A DNA stretch of 64,000 nucleotides from Antechinus flavipes (taxonomy: Eukaryota). Location: assembly GCF_016432865.1 (NCBI RefSeq), contig NC_067401.1:36890001-36954000 (forward strand), in the 5' to 3' direction. Numbering within the stretch: position 1 is the stretch's first letter; each line of letters opens with the position of its first letter. Positions 47,089-60,190 of this stretch are shown here, piece after piece. The notes under the pieces were generated by a model. The model was not told the origin of the DNA, searched no databases, and worked only from the letters and a program-made list of their open reading frames with translations. A program made the translations under genes and the position numbers.

Positions 47089-47939
47089 GTAGGAAAGCAG
47101 CAGAAGGGATGGTTGCTACGTTGGTGTCTGTTTCATGGATCTGCATCTGTCTGTCATTGGGGGTGAGAGGTCCTCCCCAGAGCTGATGTTAGGGTGGAGT
47201 TGGAGCCTCTGTATTCAGGGCTAGGGCACCTTGTTGGTGTCAAGGATTCTCATTCTGATCATAGTGGAAGGAAATGAAGGCCCAGGACAAGGGAATTACT
47301 GATTGTTTTTGGTATTGGAAATGGGAGCTGTAATGGATTCCCCTCCCAGATAGAGGGAGATTGGGAAAGAGGTCCCTCCATCCCTGCCATTGTTCCTAAG
47401 GACTTGCTGTGGAGGGGCTGGCTTCTTGGTCTGCTTTTCACAGCAAATTGGAGATGAGGGACTGTTTGGGAGCAGTGGACAGGGAGTGACCCAGAGAGCT
47501 GACCTGGGACCAAGAAGTGTTCCTACGGTGGTCCTGCCTCCTGAACTGTCCCTGCTGCCCACCCGGCTTCAGGCTGCAGTCAGTGACTTGGATGGAGGGA
47601 AATTGCTGTCTGTAGTGCCCTCCATGGAGGGGAGGTAATGGCAGATTCTTCATCCCAAAGCAGGCGCTGGACATGTATTCTGTTTTCTCAAGCTGAAATT
47701 CATTTTCCCACCAAAAAACCATGATTACCAAGAAAACCATGGTAGCTTAGATCTTTTAAGTGCATTAGTAATCTTAAAGGCATTGTTCTAATGGGAAAAT
47801 ATATCAGTTTCCCAACAATTTAAAATGACTTTCTGAGCATCATTTTGCATAAATTGGGGGCTGGGTTACAACTATTTTCTGTAGCAATTTATATGAAACT
47901 GGCATATGGATAAAATTGTTTTGTTCTTGTTTTGTAGGC

Positions 47940-48140
47940 CAGAGGACTGTGTCACCAAGAGCACAGACTCTGGATCAGATGGCCTGAGCTCTAAGCTCAG
48001 ATTTTGCCACTAACTTTTGTGACTGAACAAGTCCTATATTCTCTTGGGGCCTCTTTTTCCTCATCTTTAAACTGTGGATAAAATACCAGCTCTGTCTTCT
48101 CGAGAGTTGTTGAAAGATTAGGATGAGATAATGGATGCTA
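47940..48140 (+). mobile_element. MIR SINE
   Basis: aagagcacagactctggatcagatggcctgag...ttcctcatctttaaa...gattaggatgagataatggatg. Confidence 0.7.
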
Positions 48141-49509
48141 TGTGATTGAGTCAGGCATTGATATTACTGGTGGTATATTGCATACTGTGTGAAGTCCAGT
48201 GTTCTTTTGACAACCCTCTACATTCTCTGCATCACAGTGATTATCGGGAAGTTTTATCTCTTGCAAAAATGATTTTTCTGACTTTGGTGACAAACCCTTT
48301 TGTTACAAGGGCTCCTCATTGGCACACCTGCCTTTGAAAAGGAGCATGTAGAGCAAGTTAGCTTGTGTGTATGTGGGTCTCTTGAGGTTCTCTGGAAAGT
48401 TGGGAATTTTTACAAACTTGGGTGGCAAGTGAGATGCAATTTTCACTTGCCCTCAAAGAAAGACTCTACTTAGTCACCAGTACAGTATGGTAATGAAAAA
48501 TTGGGGGCATATCTTTCCAGATGAGTGAGAATGCCAATTGAAGACACCAACAGGAAGTATTTATGAGAGCTGATATAAATGCCTTTATTTGGAGAGAAAA
48601 TCATTTCTATATCTACTCACAAGGCCTGTTTGCCCCTTCACTAATAGCCTCATTGCCACAGCAGTTGGCTCTCTCTTCTTAGCTGAGGGAGTAACCTTTT
48701 TAAGTTAAGACAGTGTGAGTCATGATAGTAGTTTGGCTCAAGTTGGGAAAAAAGCACAACTATTACTCTGCAGCCGGAATTGGCTGTTACTACAATGAGA
48801 GCAATTTCTTATGAAGTTCTTCAGCTCAGGATACTAAAGGAATTCTCTAGGCTATATGTTCCATTCTCTAGAAAACCTTTCTCCATCCTGGATTTGGGAA
48901 TAGTCAGTAAGCATGCATCTTGCTTTATCTTGGAGGCAAGAAGAGAAATTGGGTCCAAGAAGAACAGGACAGATTCTTTTCTCTTAAAATCTAAAGAGGT
49001 GATTTATGAGATCAGTGCCTTAGGACCTTATTTGTCTTTAAACAATAACAATAATATAAAGTAAATGACTGGTGCCTTTTTTTTTTGTTTGTTTTGTTTT
49101 TTCTATTTTGTTTTTCTATTTTGTTTCTTTCTGATATTATTTCTTTCTGTCCACCTTCCTAGTGAACCACTTCTAGTTAAGAAAGATTCAGAAAGAATGA
49201 GAGAAGAAAATAGTTCATTAAAACCTATTTTACTTTCCTATGAATATAGGAATATAAATAGAAAAGAAGTTGAGTTTTAGCATAAAATTCTTCCCTATAA
49301 AAAGATGAGCATAAAATAGGATAATTTTTTACAAATATTGAAAACTGTAGGAAGCAAATCCTTAATTCTTCATTTATAGCTAACTTTGAATGACTCTGGT
49401 GCTGTCTCCAATTTGTGGATTATTTTGGCTATTCCTCTACTAATTAGAATCTTCTAGTAGAAATGAGAGCAGAAGTTCATTAAACTTTTCTTAGCATATC
49501 AGCAATCCC

Positions 49510-50600
49510 GCTGAATGAATAAATGAGCATATATGAAATGAATCCTGAGCTGGGGAAACAACATTGAAAGCAGACTGTCTGCTCTCAAGGAGCTTATGTT
49601 GTAGTGAGGGAGACAATAGCCAGGAAAGGTCACTTTGATCTGAAAAAATACTGAGATGGGAGCGGAGTTATAGGGGACAAAATCTAGGAAGGAATAGATA
49701 TAGTTGATTGGATCATGTTTTTTCCATGTCTGGTTCCAAAACCAGACACGAAAGAACTGTGGAAGTGGGAAGGAGGGGACCAGAAAAGGAGTGACATGGG
49801 CTTTCCAGAAATAGTGTCCCAGCAAATGCATTTGCTAGTCAGGAGAACAAGACCTCAGGACAAATTCTTCTGTGACATGGTCTCTGGCAAGGGTGGCCAG
49901 GAGGTTGGGATAGGCAGCCAGAGGAAAGAGAGAAAGGAAGCATGGATGATAAAATCGGAAGAGAACTTGGAAATGGATGACAGAAATGAGGCAGTAAAGA
50001 CACACGTGAGTCTCGATCATCCAGACTATCTTCTGTGGGTAAGAAGAATCCAGACGTGGAGATAACCTTCTTATGGAAGGTTGATAGGAGTTGAGTCAAG
50101 TAAACATTGAGGTAACTGACTTCAAAGTCTAGATCTTTTTCCTTTTAAAATGAAAAGTCATGTTAATTGGGCTAGAAAAAAAAAGAAAAAGTCCACATTC
50201 AGTAATTCTGAATCTACACCAATTTCTTAGACTTTGGCTACTGAACTGAAGATGACTGCAAAAGCTTTTATTAATGCAATCAAGCTAGCAGTTATTAAGC
50301 TGTTCTTGTGTTAGGCTCTGAGGGTACAGAGACCAGAAGGAAAGAAAACAAGACTTTTTTCTCAAGGAGTTTCTGTTCATTCCTTTTAGAGAGACAAAAT
50401 ATATGGACACTTATAAACCGAAAAGAAAAACAAATGCAACAGGTCAGGGTGGGGCTTGTTGATCCTTGTATAGGATTTACAAATAGGAGATGTTATTTGA
50501 TCCAAGAAACAGGAGAGAATTGTTTGAGTTTGTTGACTAGGAGAGTAATGGGATTAGCTCTGTGCTTGAGGAGGATGACCAATAAAGCTTTATGAAGAAC
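49510..50600 (-). mobile_element. Two adjacent L2 3' remnants
   Basis: tgaatgaataaatgagcat...ctgctctcaaggagcttat...agtgagggagaca, and again tgtgttaggctctgagggtacagag...tctcaaggagttt. Confidence 0.55.
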
Positions 50601-52155
50601 AACTCATCATCCCCTTTTTTCCACCCCGTCTCCCCACAAATTGGACCCTCTTGAGTTTCTTTGTCTTTTTTGATTTTATATACCCCAAGAGAAAATGGAC
50701 TATTTAGCTAAAACCAAAACCTTTAAAATAGTCTGTTGCCAACTCAGTTTTCTCTGACTCAGTTGACCTTGTTTTAATTCCATTACTATTGGTTGCTAAG
50801 AAACATTTCATCCATGCACTTTATCAGACTTGCCACCTGCAAATGCTTCTGTTTCCTCATGGAGATAGCTTTGAAGGACAGTGTGATTTGGGAACCCTAG
50901 GTCGATGAGCTGGAGGTGCCAGGTCCTGGGCTGTGTCCTCTTCATTCAGATTCCAGTGGGCTCTGGATGTTCTCTGCCCAGAAAGTCATGGAAACAAATA
51001 CTAGAGTGCTTGCTTGCCGATCACCTTGCACTGGCAGCTTTGGTGAGAGGCCGAGGGATTATTTAGAATTTCTTACTTGTTTTTGATTTTCTCACAAACC
51101 AGCATTTAGTAATCACAAGCAGCTGATCTTTTATAACAGTGAACATTTACTTAAGGTCTTAAAAGTGACTTAAAGGCCATGTGAAAAGAACTGTAAAATG
51201 AGACTGAATACTTTGTCATTATAATAACCTTGGTCCTGGAAAAGGATTTTTAAAATGGATCTTCTTCTCTTCATGGCAGAGCTGAAAACTATGGATATAA
51301 AATGGTGTATATCTTGTCAGAGCTGATGTGGGGTTTGGTTTTGCTGAGAGTAAGAGAAAAGGATTCAGAAATACATACATATGATGCAAAAACAAAAGAC
51401 ATCGATTTAAAACCTCCAAGTTAGGGGAGGGGGGGGAAGGTTCTCATTCCCTCTTTAACTCTGCATGTTATTTCTGTGATTATCTCTTACAACTTGAATT
51501 TACAGCATGTTTTAATCTCTTCTGTCTTCTCAAGAAAGAACAGGTTGCCCCAAAATGACTACAGAGGGCCTTGTCCTCCCATCCCATAGAGACTTGTTTT
51601 TAGTCTATGTCAGTATGAGAAGAACGCCATGCCAGCTTAATAAAAGAGCCTCTGAACAGAGGGTCTTCATTAGCATTTCTGTCCCCTGCTACTCCTACGC
51701 TACCATCTTAGCCTGGGAGAGCGTCAGAGTCGCAGATGGTCACAGTCTCTGATATTTTGTGTCTTGCATATGTCCATTCTCCCTCAGAAGTCTTACAGCT
51801 GAGACTCTTGTGCCAGAAGAATGATTAAATGCTTCCCAGCGGAGGATCTTTTAAGCAGTAGATGCCAAACTGCTCCCCAGACCTGTTGAGTTTGTGTGAC
51901 TTAGTTCAGAGCTTAACGTTACCTGCTTGACCTGCCTGGTCTTCCATTTGGGGACATCTCCTTAGCAGCCTGTGGGGGCTCGTAGAGCTTCCTGAATAGA
52001 TGTTTGTCTAGTACCTGCTTAGCTTCTGGAAACCAAGCATACACTCCCAGGTAGACAATTCCAGGCGGTGCTGAAAGTCAGGATAACACTAATATTACTG
52101 GCAGATCTGTTAACAATTGGTATATAATAGAATCTTGGGTATAAAAGAGGGGAAA

Positions 52156-52278
52156 GGGTCAGCTAGGTAGTATGGTGGATAGAGCACCAGCCCTGGAATC
52201 AGGAGGATCTGAGTTCAAATTCAGCCTCAGATACTTACTAGCTGTGTGACTCTAGACAAGTCACTTGATTCCAATTGT
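52156..52278 (+). mobile_element. CORE-SINE (WSINE/WALLSI/MAR type), sense orientation
   Basis: gggtcagctaggtagtatggtggatagagcaccagccctggaatcaggaggatctgagttcaaattcagcctcagatacttactagctgtgtgac. Confidence 0.85.
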
Positions 52279-53284
52279 ACACATTTGCACCCCAAAGTTG
52301 AGAGTCTTTATTGCTCTTGAGGAAGGAGGGCTGCTTTCATACTGGATAGCTTGTTATAGCCACTCCAGCAATGCTGGTATTTTTTCTTCCCAACGTAAAC
52401 CTTAATCTCTTCAGGAAAGTTTTGAATAAAACCAGTGCCTGAAACTGACTGTGCATGCACACCGTAGTGAGTCTCCCTCCTCTAACCAGAGAGGAAGAGG
52501 AGGGGAATCAGATTCCTTTTAGGTTCTTCAAGACCAAAGCGGTTAATGACAGTTCTCAGTGTTGTTTTTTTTTGTTTGTTTGTTTTTAGCGTTTTTTACA
52601 TTTACATTGTGTGTGATGATTGTGCATATGTTGAACTAACTGTTCTTTTCATTGACTCATACAAATTTTTCCACATTTCTCTGAATTCCTGAATTCGTCT
52701 ATTCTTAGGGCCTATTAATGTTTTATAAAATTCATCCTTTCTTCAGTTGATAGGCATTCATTTTACTTCCAGTTTTTTTGCTACCATAAAAAATGTATTA
52801 GGAATATTTTGGTGTGGGGGGGGGGGTGTTTTTTTTAAAGACCAAAAATGTTTTAGTTTGAGTAAAAATCCTGGTTGAGGTTTATATGCATTTGATAATG
52901 GTCTCTGAAAACTTATGTGCTATTATACTCTTTCACAACCTCATGTGGATAAGAGGTGAAAATGTGTTTTGTTTTCAGTTTGTGTGTAAACTCCTGCAAT
53001 GGATGGACATTAGTTTTATGAAGCCAGTGCAGAGTTTGGAAAAGCATTGTCAATAGCGTGTTCATATGTGTACATCAACCATCAAAATAAACATTGTGCA
53101 TGTGCTAAGGGTATAAAGGAATTCAGAATAAACAATAAAAATCAGTCAGCAGTATGTAGTACAATCAGAAGAATCTTGGATTCCCAGTGAGGATGCTGTC
53201 TCAGAGCAGCGCTTCTTGGCTACCTGTCCCTGCTGGCCGTGGCACCGCAGCTGTCCTCCGCTTTGTGGCCAAACTCCCTTCTGT

Positions 53285-54100
53285 ACCAAATTACCCATGA
53301 TCTCTTGATTGTCGGATTTAATGGCTTTTTCTCAGTCCTCAGCCTTTGACCCAGTTACTTTTCCTTGTTATTCTCTTCTAAGTTTTTGTGATCATCTTAC
53401 TTGGTTCTCCTACCTATCTAATTACTCCTTCTCTGACTTCTTTACTTGATCTTCTGGGTCACTCCTGCCAAGTTAGTCCCTGTGTCCCACAGACCTTTAT
53501 CCTGGTCCATGTTTTCTTTTTCCTCTTGACTGTATCACTTGGTGATCTCATCAGCTCCCATTTTGGATTTAATTATCATCTCTGTACTGATGATTATCAA
53601 AACTACTTGTCCAGCTCTAATCTTTCAGTCTCTCATTTTCAGTTGCCTGTTGCACATCTTAAACTGGGTGTTCCATAGACATCTTAAATTCAACATGTCT
53701 AAAACTGAAATGATTAATTTCCCTCTTTCCTACCTCCAAAGTCCTTCTACTCTAACCAAACTTTCTTATTACTACTCAGAGTACCCACCATCTTCCCAGT
53801 CACTCAAACTTGCCACCTAGGTATTATCCTCCACAACTCTTCCCCCTCCCCTTCCCCATTCCCCAGTGTATCAAATCTGTTGCAAGGACTGTCAGTTTTA
53901 CCTTGGTGACATCTGTTTTATATCCCCCATTGTCTGAAATTGCTACCTGCCGGTCTCATCATCTCAAGCCTGATGGGTTGTGACTTAGCCTGCTTGATGG
54001 TCTGCCTGCCACCAATCTCCCCATGTCTGTCTGAGTGTGGTCTGCGTTGTTCAGCCCACATACTCTCCCTATTTCCTGCCATGCTCTCCAGTTTCACTGG
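53285..54100 (+). mobile_element. L2 LINE reverse-transcriptase fragment
   Basis: ITHDLLIVGFNGFFSVL and ORF 53388 VPQTFILVH...SLGDLISSHFGFNYHLCTDD (degenerate GVPQGSILGP and YADD motifs). Confidence 0.85.
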
Positions 54101-56079
54101 GCTTCAGAGGTGCATGGAGGTGCCGAAATGTACTTAGTGACAGGCTTTTGTTAGGGGCAGATGGGGGTTGGCAGATCTTTCAGAAGGAGCATTTGGCTCT
54201 CCCTAATATTTTTGAGCAGAGGCCCTGTCCAGAAGGTTATGCCTTTTTTATCCCTTGGTGTTTCATTCTTAGAAGGAACATGTGCAGATGTGAAAGTCTA
54301 AGCTGGGGAAAATCACAGAGATGAATTTTATAGTTACACTGAGGGCAACATTTAATTACGTATTGACATTTTTTCTGGTTGTCTTGAAGTATCTCTACTA
54401 CCTTTCATTTGATGGTAATGTCTCCAGCAGCCCACACAGAATTCTGGTGGTTTTGGATGGAGCTCCTCTAGGTTTTGCCTCTGGATAATGCAGATCACCT
54501 TGGAAAGAGAGCAAAGGACTTTGGGGCCAAAGAGATTTGGTCAGGAGGAGCCTGCAGATAAGCTGGGAAGCGGGTCATGTCATGGCCCTGAGTGAGGATG
54601 GAGCCACACAGAGTTTTAATTAGGCATCCAGTGGAAGGTGTTGGTGCTAGACCTCAGCTGCCATCCCTCACACAGTTGGAGTTGGTTCTTAGGAAAACTG
54701 CCCTTCCTCCAGCCTTGGGGTCAGTTGATGAGACTCTACAGTGTTGAAGTTGCATTCAGTCATTGTGCCTCAGAGATTAAGGCTGGCCAGTATCAGCATC
54801 CACTCCTGCTTTGGATCAGCCTGTAACCATTTTTCCCAAAAGCTAATTAGGAAAAGCCGTTTCCCCTGGAAACTAAGAAAAGGCCATGGGTGACACAACA
54901 TAGATAAAAATAGAATGGAACCATAATTGGCAGAGAAAAGGATCCCATCGTTGTCCATTTCTCCTCTTAGTTACCTGCCGTGAAAGCTGCTTGTTTGGTG
55001 GGGCTCACCAGAGTTCAGACTGAGTTCATCACGTTCCTTTTTATAGTACTCAAGTGCATTGGAACAAGGTTTGCATATTAATTTAGCCTGTTCATCTCCT
55101 ACTGTGCCATGATAAAGAGGCTGCTGCTGTTTCAGGCCTCCTGTCCTAAAGAATAGAGGTAATTGCCAGTTACAGAACCAGGCTGACAGGCTGCTCTTTC
55201 CTGAACAGCTTCTGCAAGTAATGTTTAAAAATCATTATTATTAAGTGTGTTGAGCAAGCTCTTCCATTTGTAAAGTACTTTATAATCATATTTACTTGTT
55301 ATCCATTATGATGTCCCCAAGAGGTCCATCAGTGTTAGACTGGCTCTACTTAGTCGAGAGGTTTAGACCATGGTCTCATAGGGTTGTGGAGCACATAGCA
55401 GAGCTGTCCTTTCCACAAATTGACATTTCAGGCCCTTTCACCAAGTATGTTTAGTCGTAGGCTGTGCAGCAAAATGTCAAGTCTATTGACTACTAGTCCA
55501 TTGATTGCCTGTCCTGCCCCCCAGTAGATTAGAAGTAGATTCTTGTCTCTTGTTTCTCAACCACGTTCACAAACCCTGGCAAGTATAGAAAAACCGGTGA
55601 TTTCATTTCTATGCTTGTTAATTAGATATTGTTAGCCTACTGGAATTGATTTAATTGATTCAGTATGTTTATTTTTATTTTGTCTGCAGAGTTCTACACT
55701 AGTATTAGAGAAAATAGAAACTTCAGATAATTCATATTTGATCTGTAGTTTTTAATCTAATAAGGGATTTAGACATAATGACAAATAACAACAATATAAT
55801 ATATCATAAGGTAAGTACATTAGAGAATTGCAGAACAGTACAATGAGAAACTTGGAAAGGAAAGTTGTCACATTGGGGATCAGAGAAGGTTTTGTGCAAG
55901 AAATGAAGTTTAAATTTTTAATTGGCTAAGAGTTAATAGGTACAAAGGGGAGGGGGGGGTAGTATTTCAGGGAAAGGGTGAACAAAGGCATGGATGTGTG
56001 GGGGTAATTGTGCATTTGGTGTGATGAGGGTAGAAGTTTGTCTGGAAGGTAGTAATATGAGAAAACTAGAAAAGGAGGG

Positions 56080-56510
56080 GATGGTGTTGTTGATAGAGCT
56101 GTGAATGACTGCTCCTACCCATTCTGGAAGACAATTTGCAATTATGTTCAGAAAGTTACAAATGTCCTTTGACCCAACCATCCCATTTGAGGCTTTGTGC
56201 CCCAAATAAAGAGGAATGGCATTCATTTTAAAAAAAAAAAAAAAAGTTGATAGGAACTTTTTGGTGATGACAGGAAAAAACTGGAAACAAAGGGGATATC
56301 CATTAATTGTGGGAAATCACTGGACAAACTGGGCAATATGAATGGAATGGAATATTCTTCTGCCATAAGAAATGAGGGGAAAGGAGAGCAAACACTTGAT
56401 GCTATGACATCAGTATTGTAAAAATGAACAATTCTAAAGGACTTGAGACCTCTGACCAATGAAATGATACATTTTAATTCCAGAAGATTAATAAAGAAGG
56501 AACATACTCC
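56080..56510 (+). mobile_element. L1 ORF2 3' fragment
   Basis: ccattctggaagacaatttgcaattatg...cctttgacccaaccatccc...gaatggaatattcttctgccataagaaatga. Confidence 0.75.
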
Positions 56511-56584
56511 ATGACTGATCATGCCTGAATAATGCATACATTTGGATATGACATACATTTTGTACTTATGTGATATAAGGTTCT

Positions 56585-56763
56585 TCTCCCGCCCTCCTTT
56601 GCTCCATTTCCCTTCTTCCTTTTTCTTCCCTTCTTCCCTCCCTTTTCCTTCCCTTCCTCCCTTCCTTCCATCTTCTCCTCCCTTCTTCCCTTTGTCATTC
56701 TTTTTCTCCCTTTCTTCTTCCCTCCACATTCCTTTTTACCCTCCTTTTCTCCCTTCCTCTCTC
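56585..56763. repeat. CT-rich homopyrimidine tract
   Basis: Read directly. It explains ORFs 56223..56729 and 56542..56790. Confidence 0.9.
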
Positions 56764-56769
56764 TCTACC

Positions 56770-57150
56770 ATGGATTGTGGTGATCTTTGAATGCCAGCTA
56801 GAAGAATTCTAATGTTGCTCAGAAAGCAGTGGGGGTGAGTGAAGGAGGAGAGTTACAGTAGTCCTGAATTGATGATAATGAGGACCTTTACTAGAATAAT
56901 GGCAATAGGAATAGAGAAGATAGAACCAGTGCAAGAAGCAAGAATGTTTCAGGAATAGAATTGAAAGAATTTGGTAATTGCTTGGATCTGAAAGGTGAGG
57001 GAGAAAGAAGAATCAAAAATAATATTGTTCATATGCTGAAGGCATTTGGTAAGCATGGAACTAGAGTTTGTAAAGGAAAGAGATTAGGGCTGGAGATAAG
57101 TATTAGAATTGGTAGTTGATGTGGTAGAATGTGTGTGATCACCAGTGGAG
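56770..57150 (-). mobile_element. L2 remnant
   Basis: gaattgaaagaatttggtaattgcttggat...gtgagggagaaagaagaatcaaaaataat. Confidence 0.55.
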
Positions 57151-58523
57151 GTCTAAAGAGAAAAGGACACTCCTCCTGAGGGAACGTCCCTCGTCCAATG
57201 AGACTTCAGGAGAGGGGGGATTTTGAGTCTCTGAAGTGAAGGGACAAGTGACCCCCAGGCTTACAGTCACCAGGGAGAGAGGAGATTAGAGTCAAGAAAC
57301 AGTCTTAATCATGAGAATCATGAATAGCGGGAGTAGGGAACCTGTCTGCCCATTTGACCTTTTCAAGACTTAGAGATCCACAAAGCTTTTATGTAATGAA
57401 ACCTCATGCTTCCTTGTATTCATTTTAATAGGACAACCCAAGACCAGTTTCCCATAAACAATAGTAACTGGCATTTATATTGTCTTTTAATGTTTGCAGA
57501 GCATTTTATGTAATTCCTATTTGAATCTCAGTCTTCTGTGAAAAGACCTTTTGTAAAATATTTTCCCAGACAATATGACTAGAGCTTGGTTTTTTGGTAC
57601 CAGTTAACATAGTGAGTTTCAACAAAAGAGATTTTGAAGACTCTGCTTTTGTAGAGCAGGGAGAAATCAATATTGTACTAATTTAAGGGCAGAGTGATTT
57701 GCTGATAGTGACAAGATTCTTTTCTTTCTCGCAGGCATATATACTCAATAATTGCCTGTGAGCTGTCTTCCCACAATGCTTTCCTCCCATCATTTTCTTT
57801 GCCAGTTGACATAAACTTGGAGATTTCTAGTATTCCCCAGGATCGTGATGTGCGTACTCCTGTTATTGTTCCTTAATTCAAGAGCCATCTGCCTACCATC
57901 CTCTTCTTTTGTTGGAGCTCAGTCCCTTGTTAGTATAGCCAAGAGCAAAAGACATTTTGTTCACTAAGTCAGTAAGCATTTGTGAAGCAGCTACCAAGTG
58001 TAAATTCGAGAAGCTAACATATAGACTATGACTTTTAGAAAAAAAATTTATTGATGCCTTTTGTTTCTATTTATATGTAATTTCCCTCACCACCTATGGA
58101 TCAAGAAAAGCAGTTCAACGAAACTAATCTATATAGGAGCCGTAATTAAGTCTTTTTTTTTAACCTCTACCTTTCTACCCAAAGGATTTGTGTTCAGTCT
58201 GAGCTCCCATACCATAGAGTTTTCAACTACATTATTATATGTTAGTCTTCTGGTTCTCTTTTCTTTACTCTGCCTTAGTTCATGTAAGTATATCTGAATT
58301 TCTCTAAATTTATCATTTATCATTTTTCATTTCTTAAGATCTAATGATATTCCATTACATAATTTACAATAATTTTTGACCATTCTCCAATTAGTAGATA
58401 CCTACTTTGTTTCTGAATTTCTGGCTGCCACAAATTTTTTAATTGGGCATTTCTATCTATCTTTTTGGAGAGGTGTATTCAGCTTCCAGAAACATGTGGA
58501 TTAAGGGTGTGAATAGTTGAGGC

Positions 58524-58582
58524 ATTTTTCTTTTTTTGCTGAGGCAATTAGGGTTAAGTGACTTGTCCAGGGTCACACTGCT
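58524..58582 (-). mobile_element. Truncated WSINE1-like 3' fragment
   Basis: tttttttgctgaggcaattagggttaagtgacttgtccagggtcacactgct. Confidence 0.75.
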
Positions 58583-59959
58583 CAAGAAGTCCTTTTCTTA
58601 ATTCCGGGTCATTTTCTAGGACAATTGTACAAATGCATGACTCTATCTACCATTGTGTATCTGTCATTCTACGTCCTTCCAACAATAACTTGCATTCCTT
58701 GCATGTCGCTCCTTCCAGCTTGGTCCTTTTTTATTCATTGTCTTCCACCTCATTTCACCTCTTAGGTCTCCTTGCTTCCTTCAAGACCTTGGTAAAATTG
58801 TACCTTTGCATTAAGTCTTTCCTAGTTCCTCTTCTTGTTAGTATCTTCCTAACTGGAATTGCCTTCCACCTACTCTTTATGGGTATGCACATAGTTGTTT
58901 ACAAATTGGCTCCATCTTAGACTGTAAATGAGCTCTTTAAAGCAGGGATTTTTTTTTTTTTTTTTGCTTTAATTTGTATCCCTGGACTTTAGGTCAGTGC
59001 CTAGACTATAGCAAGCCCCTAATAAATGTTTTTTGACTCACACAGAGGAACCTCAGAGTTTTTATTTTGCATTTCTCTTAGTTGTCATTTAGAGCTTTTC
59101 CTATGTGGTAGTTGATTGTATCTGTCTTAAAAGTTCTACTGTTGCTTTCTCATACTTTAGTCATTTCCTTTTTATTCTACTTGTTGTATCGGGGGGGGAA
59201 AAAATGTGAAAACCAGCCCCCTAAAGACATGTAAGCCACATTCCTCCCCACTGGTCTTCACCTCCTCTTTTGAGAGGAATGCCATATATTTCATCAGCAT
59301 TTCTCTGAGATTGAGTTTGATCATTATAATTAATGAATAGTTCAACTGACTTTTAGTGGGAGGTTTTTTCCATTTGTTGCCATAGGCATTATATATATTG
59401 TTTTCCTCATTCTGCTTATTTTGCTCTGTGTAACGTCACACAGGTCTTATAAGTTCTTGTAGAAATAAATTTCTGTAGCATAATAATATTCTTCTATGTC
59501 TGCAAATAATGACCTGTCCATTTTTCAAATGATTGGTACCCATTTGTTTTTCTTTGGGGGGGTACTACAGAAAGTGTTTATAAATAAGACTTTTCTTCTT
59601 GATTTCTGAGGATATAGTGTATGTGTACATATATATGCATAAGTACATGTGTATACACATACACATACCAATTACTGCTCTAAATGATCTATTTAATTAA
59701 ATTTAATAAATTTTATCATATAATTCCTAATTGTTTTCCAAAATGGATCCATCACTGTGTCTTCCCAGAGTCCCACCAGTATTGAAGACTTAACCACATT
59801 ATAGACAGAGCTACATACATTTAACATAAAGTTAAACAGAAGGGAATCCACAGAGTTGAACAAAATGTTGGAAAAAATAGACATAAAAGTCTCATTTTCA
59901 GAATTGAAATGGGATATACCCATGATACTTTCACAAAAAATATATGCTAAATTAAAGAG

Positions 59960-60190
59960 AAGGACAAGGCAATATGTTGAGTGCCCAGCCTGGAGCCAGA
60001 AAGATTTGAGTTCCCATCTGACCTCAGACATTTACTAACAGTGTGACCTGGGCAAGTCACTTAACCTGTTTGCTTCAGTTTCCTCTTCTTGAAATGAGCT
60101 GAAGGAAAGGGCAAACCACTTCAGTGTCTTTGCCAAGAAAACTCCAAATGAGAACACAGAGAGTCAGACATGACTGAAACAACAGAAACC
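59960..60190 (+). mobile_element. MAR1-like CORE-SINE with RTE-derived tail
   Basis: gtgtgacctgggcaagtcacttaacctgtttgcttcagtttcctc...ggcaaaccacttcagtgtctttgccaagaaaactcc...gagtcagacatgactgaaacaac. Confidence 0.8.

Noticed and set aside
8731-47166. ORF-track entries overlapping AP2B1 exons treated as stand-alone small genes (e.g. 8731..8925, 10847..11170, 14610..14993, 26954..27301, 46984..47166)
   Set aside because: They are exon read-throughs with intronic or alternative starts and intronic stops. The real boundaries are set by splice sites and frame continuity.
53229-53262. REST/RE1-like motif
   Set aside because: Only about 13 of 21 positions match the consensus, with mismatches in both half-sites.
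56223-56790. 168-aa and 82-aa ORFs, and likewise 25211..25583
   Set aside because: These are low-complexity translations of CT/GA tracts plus L1 remnants.
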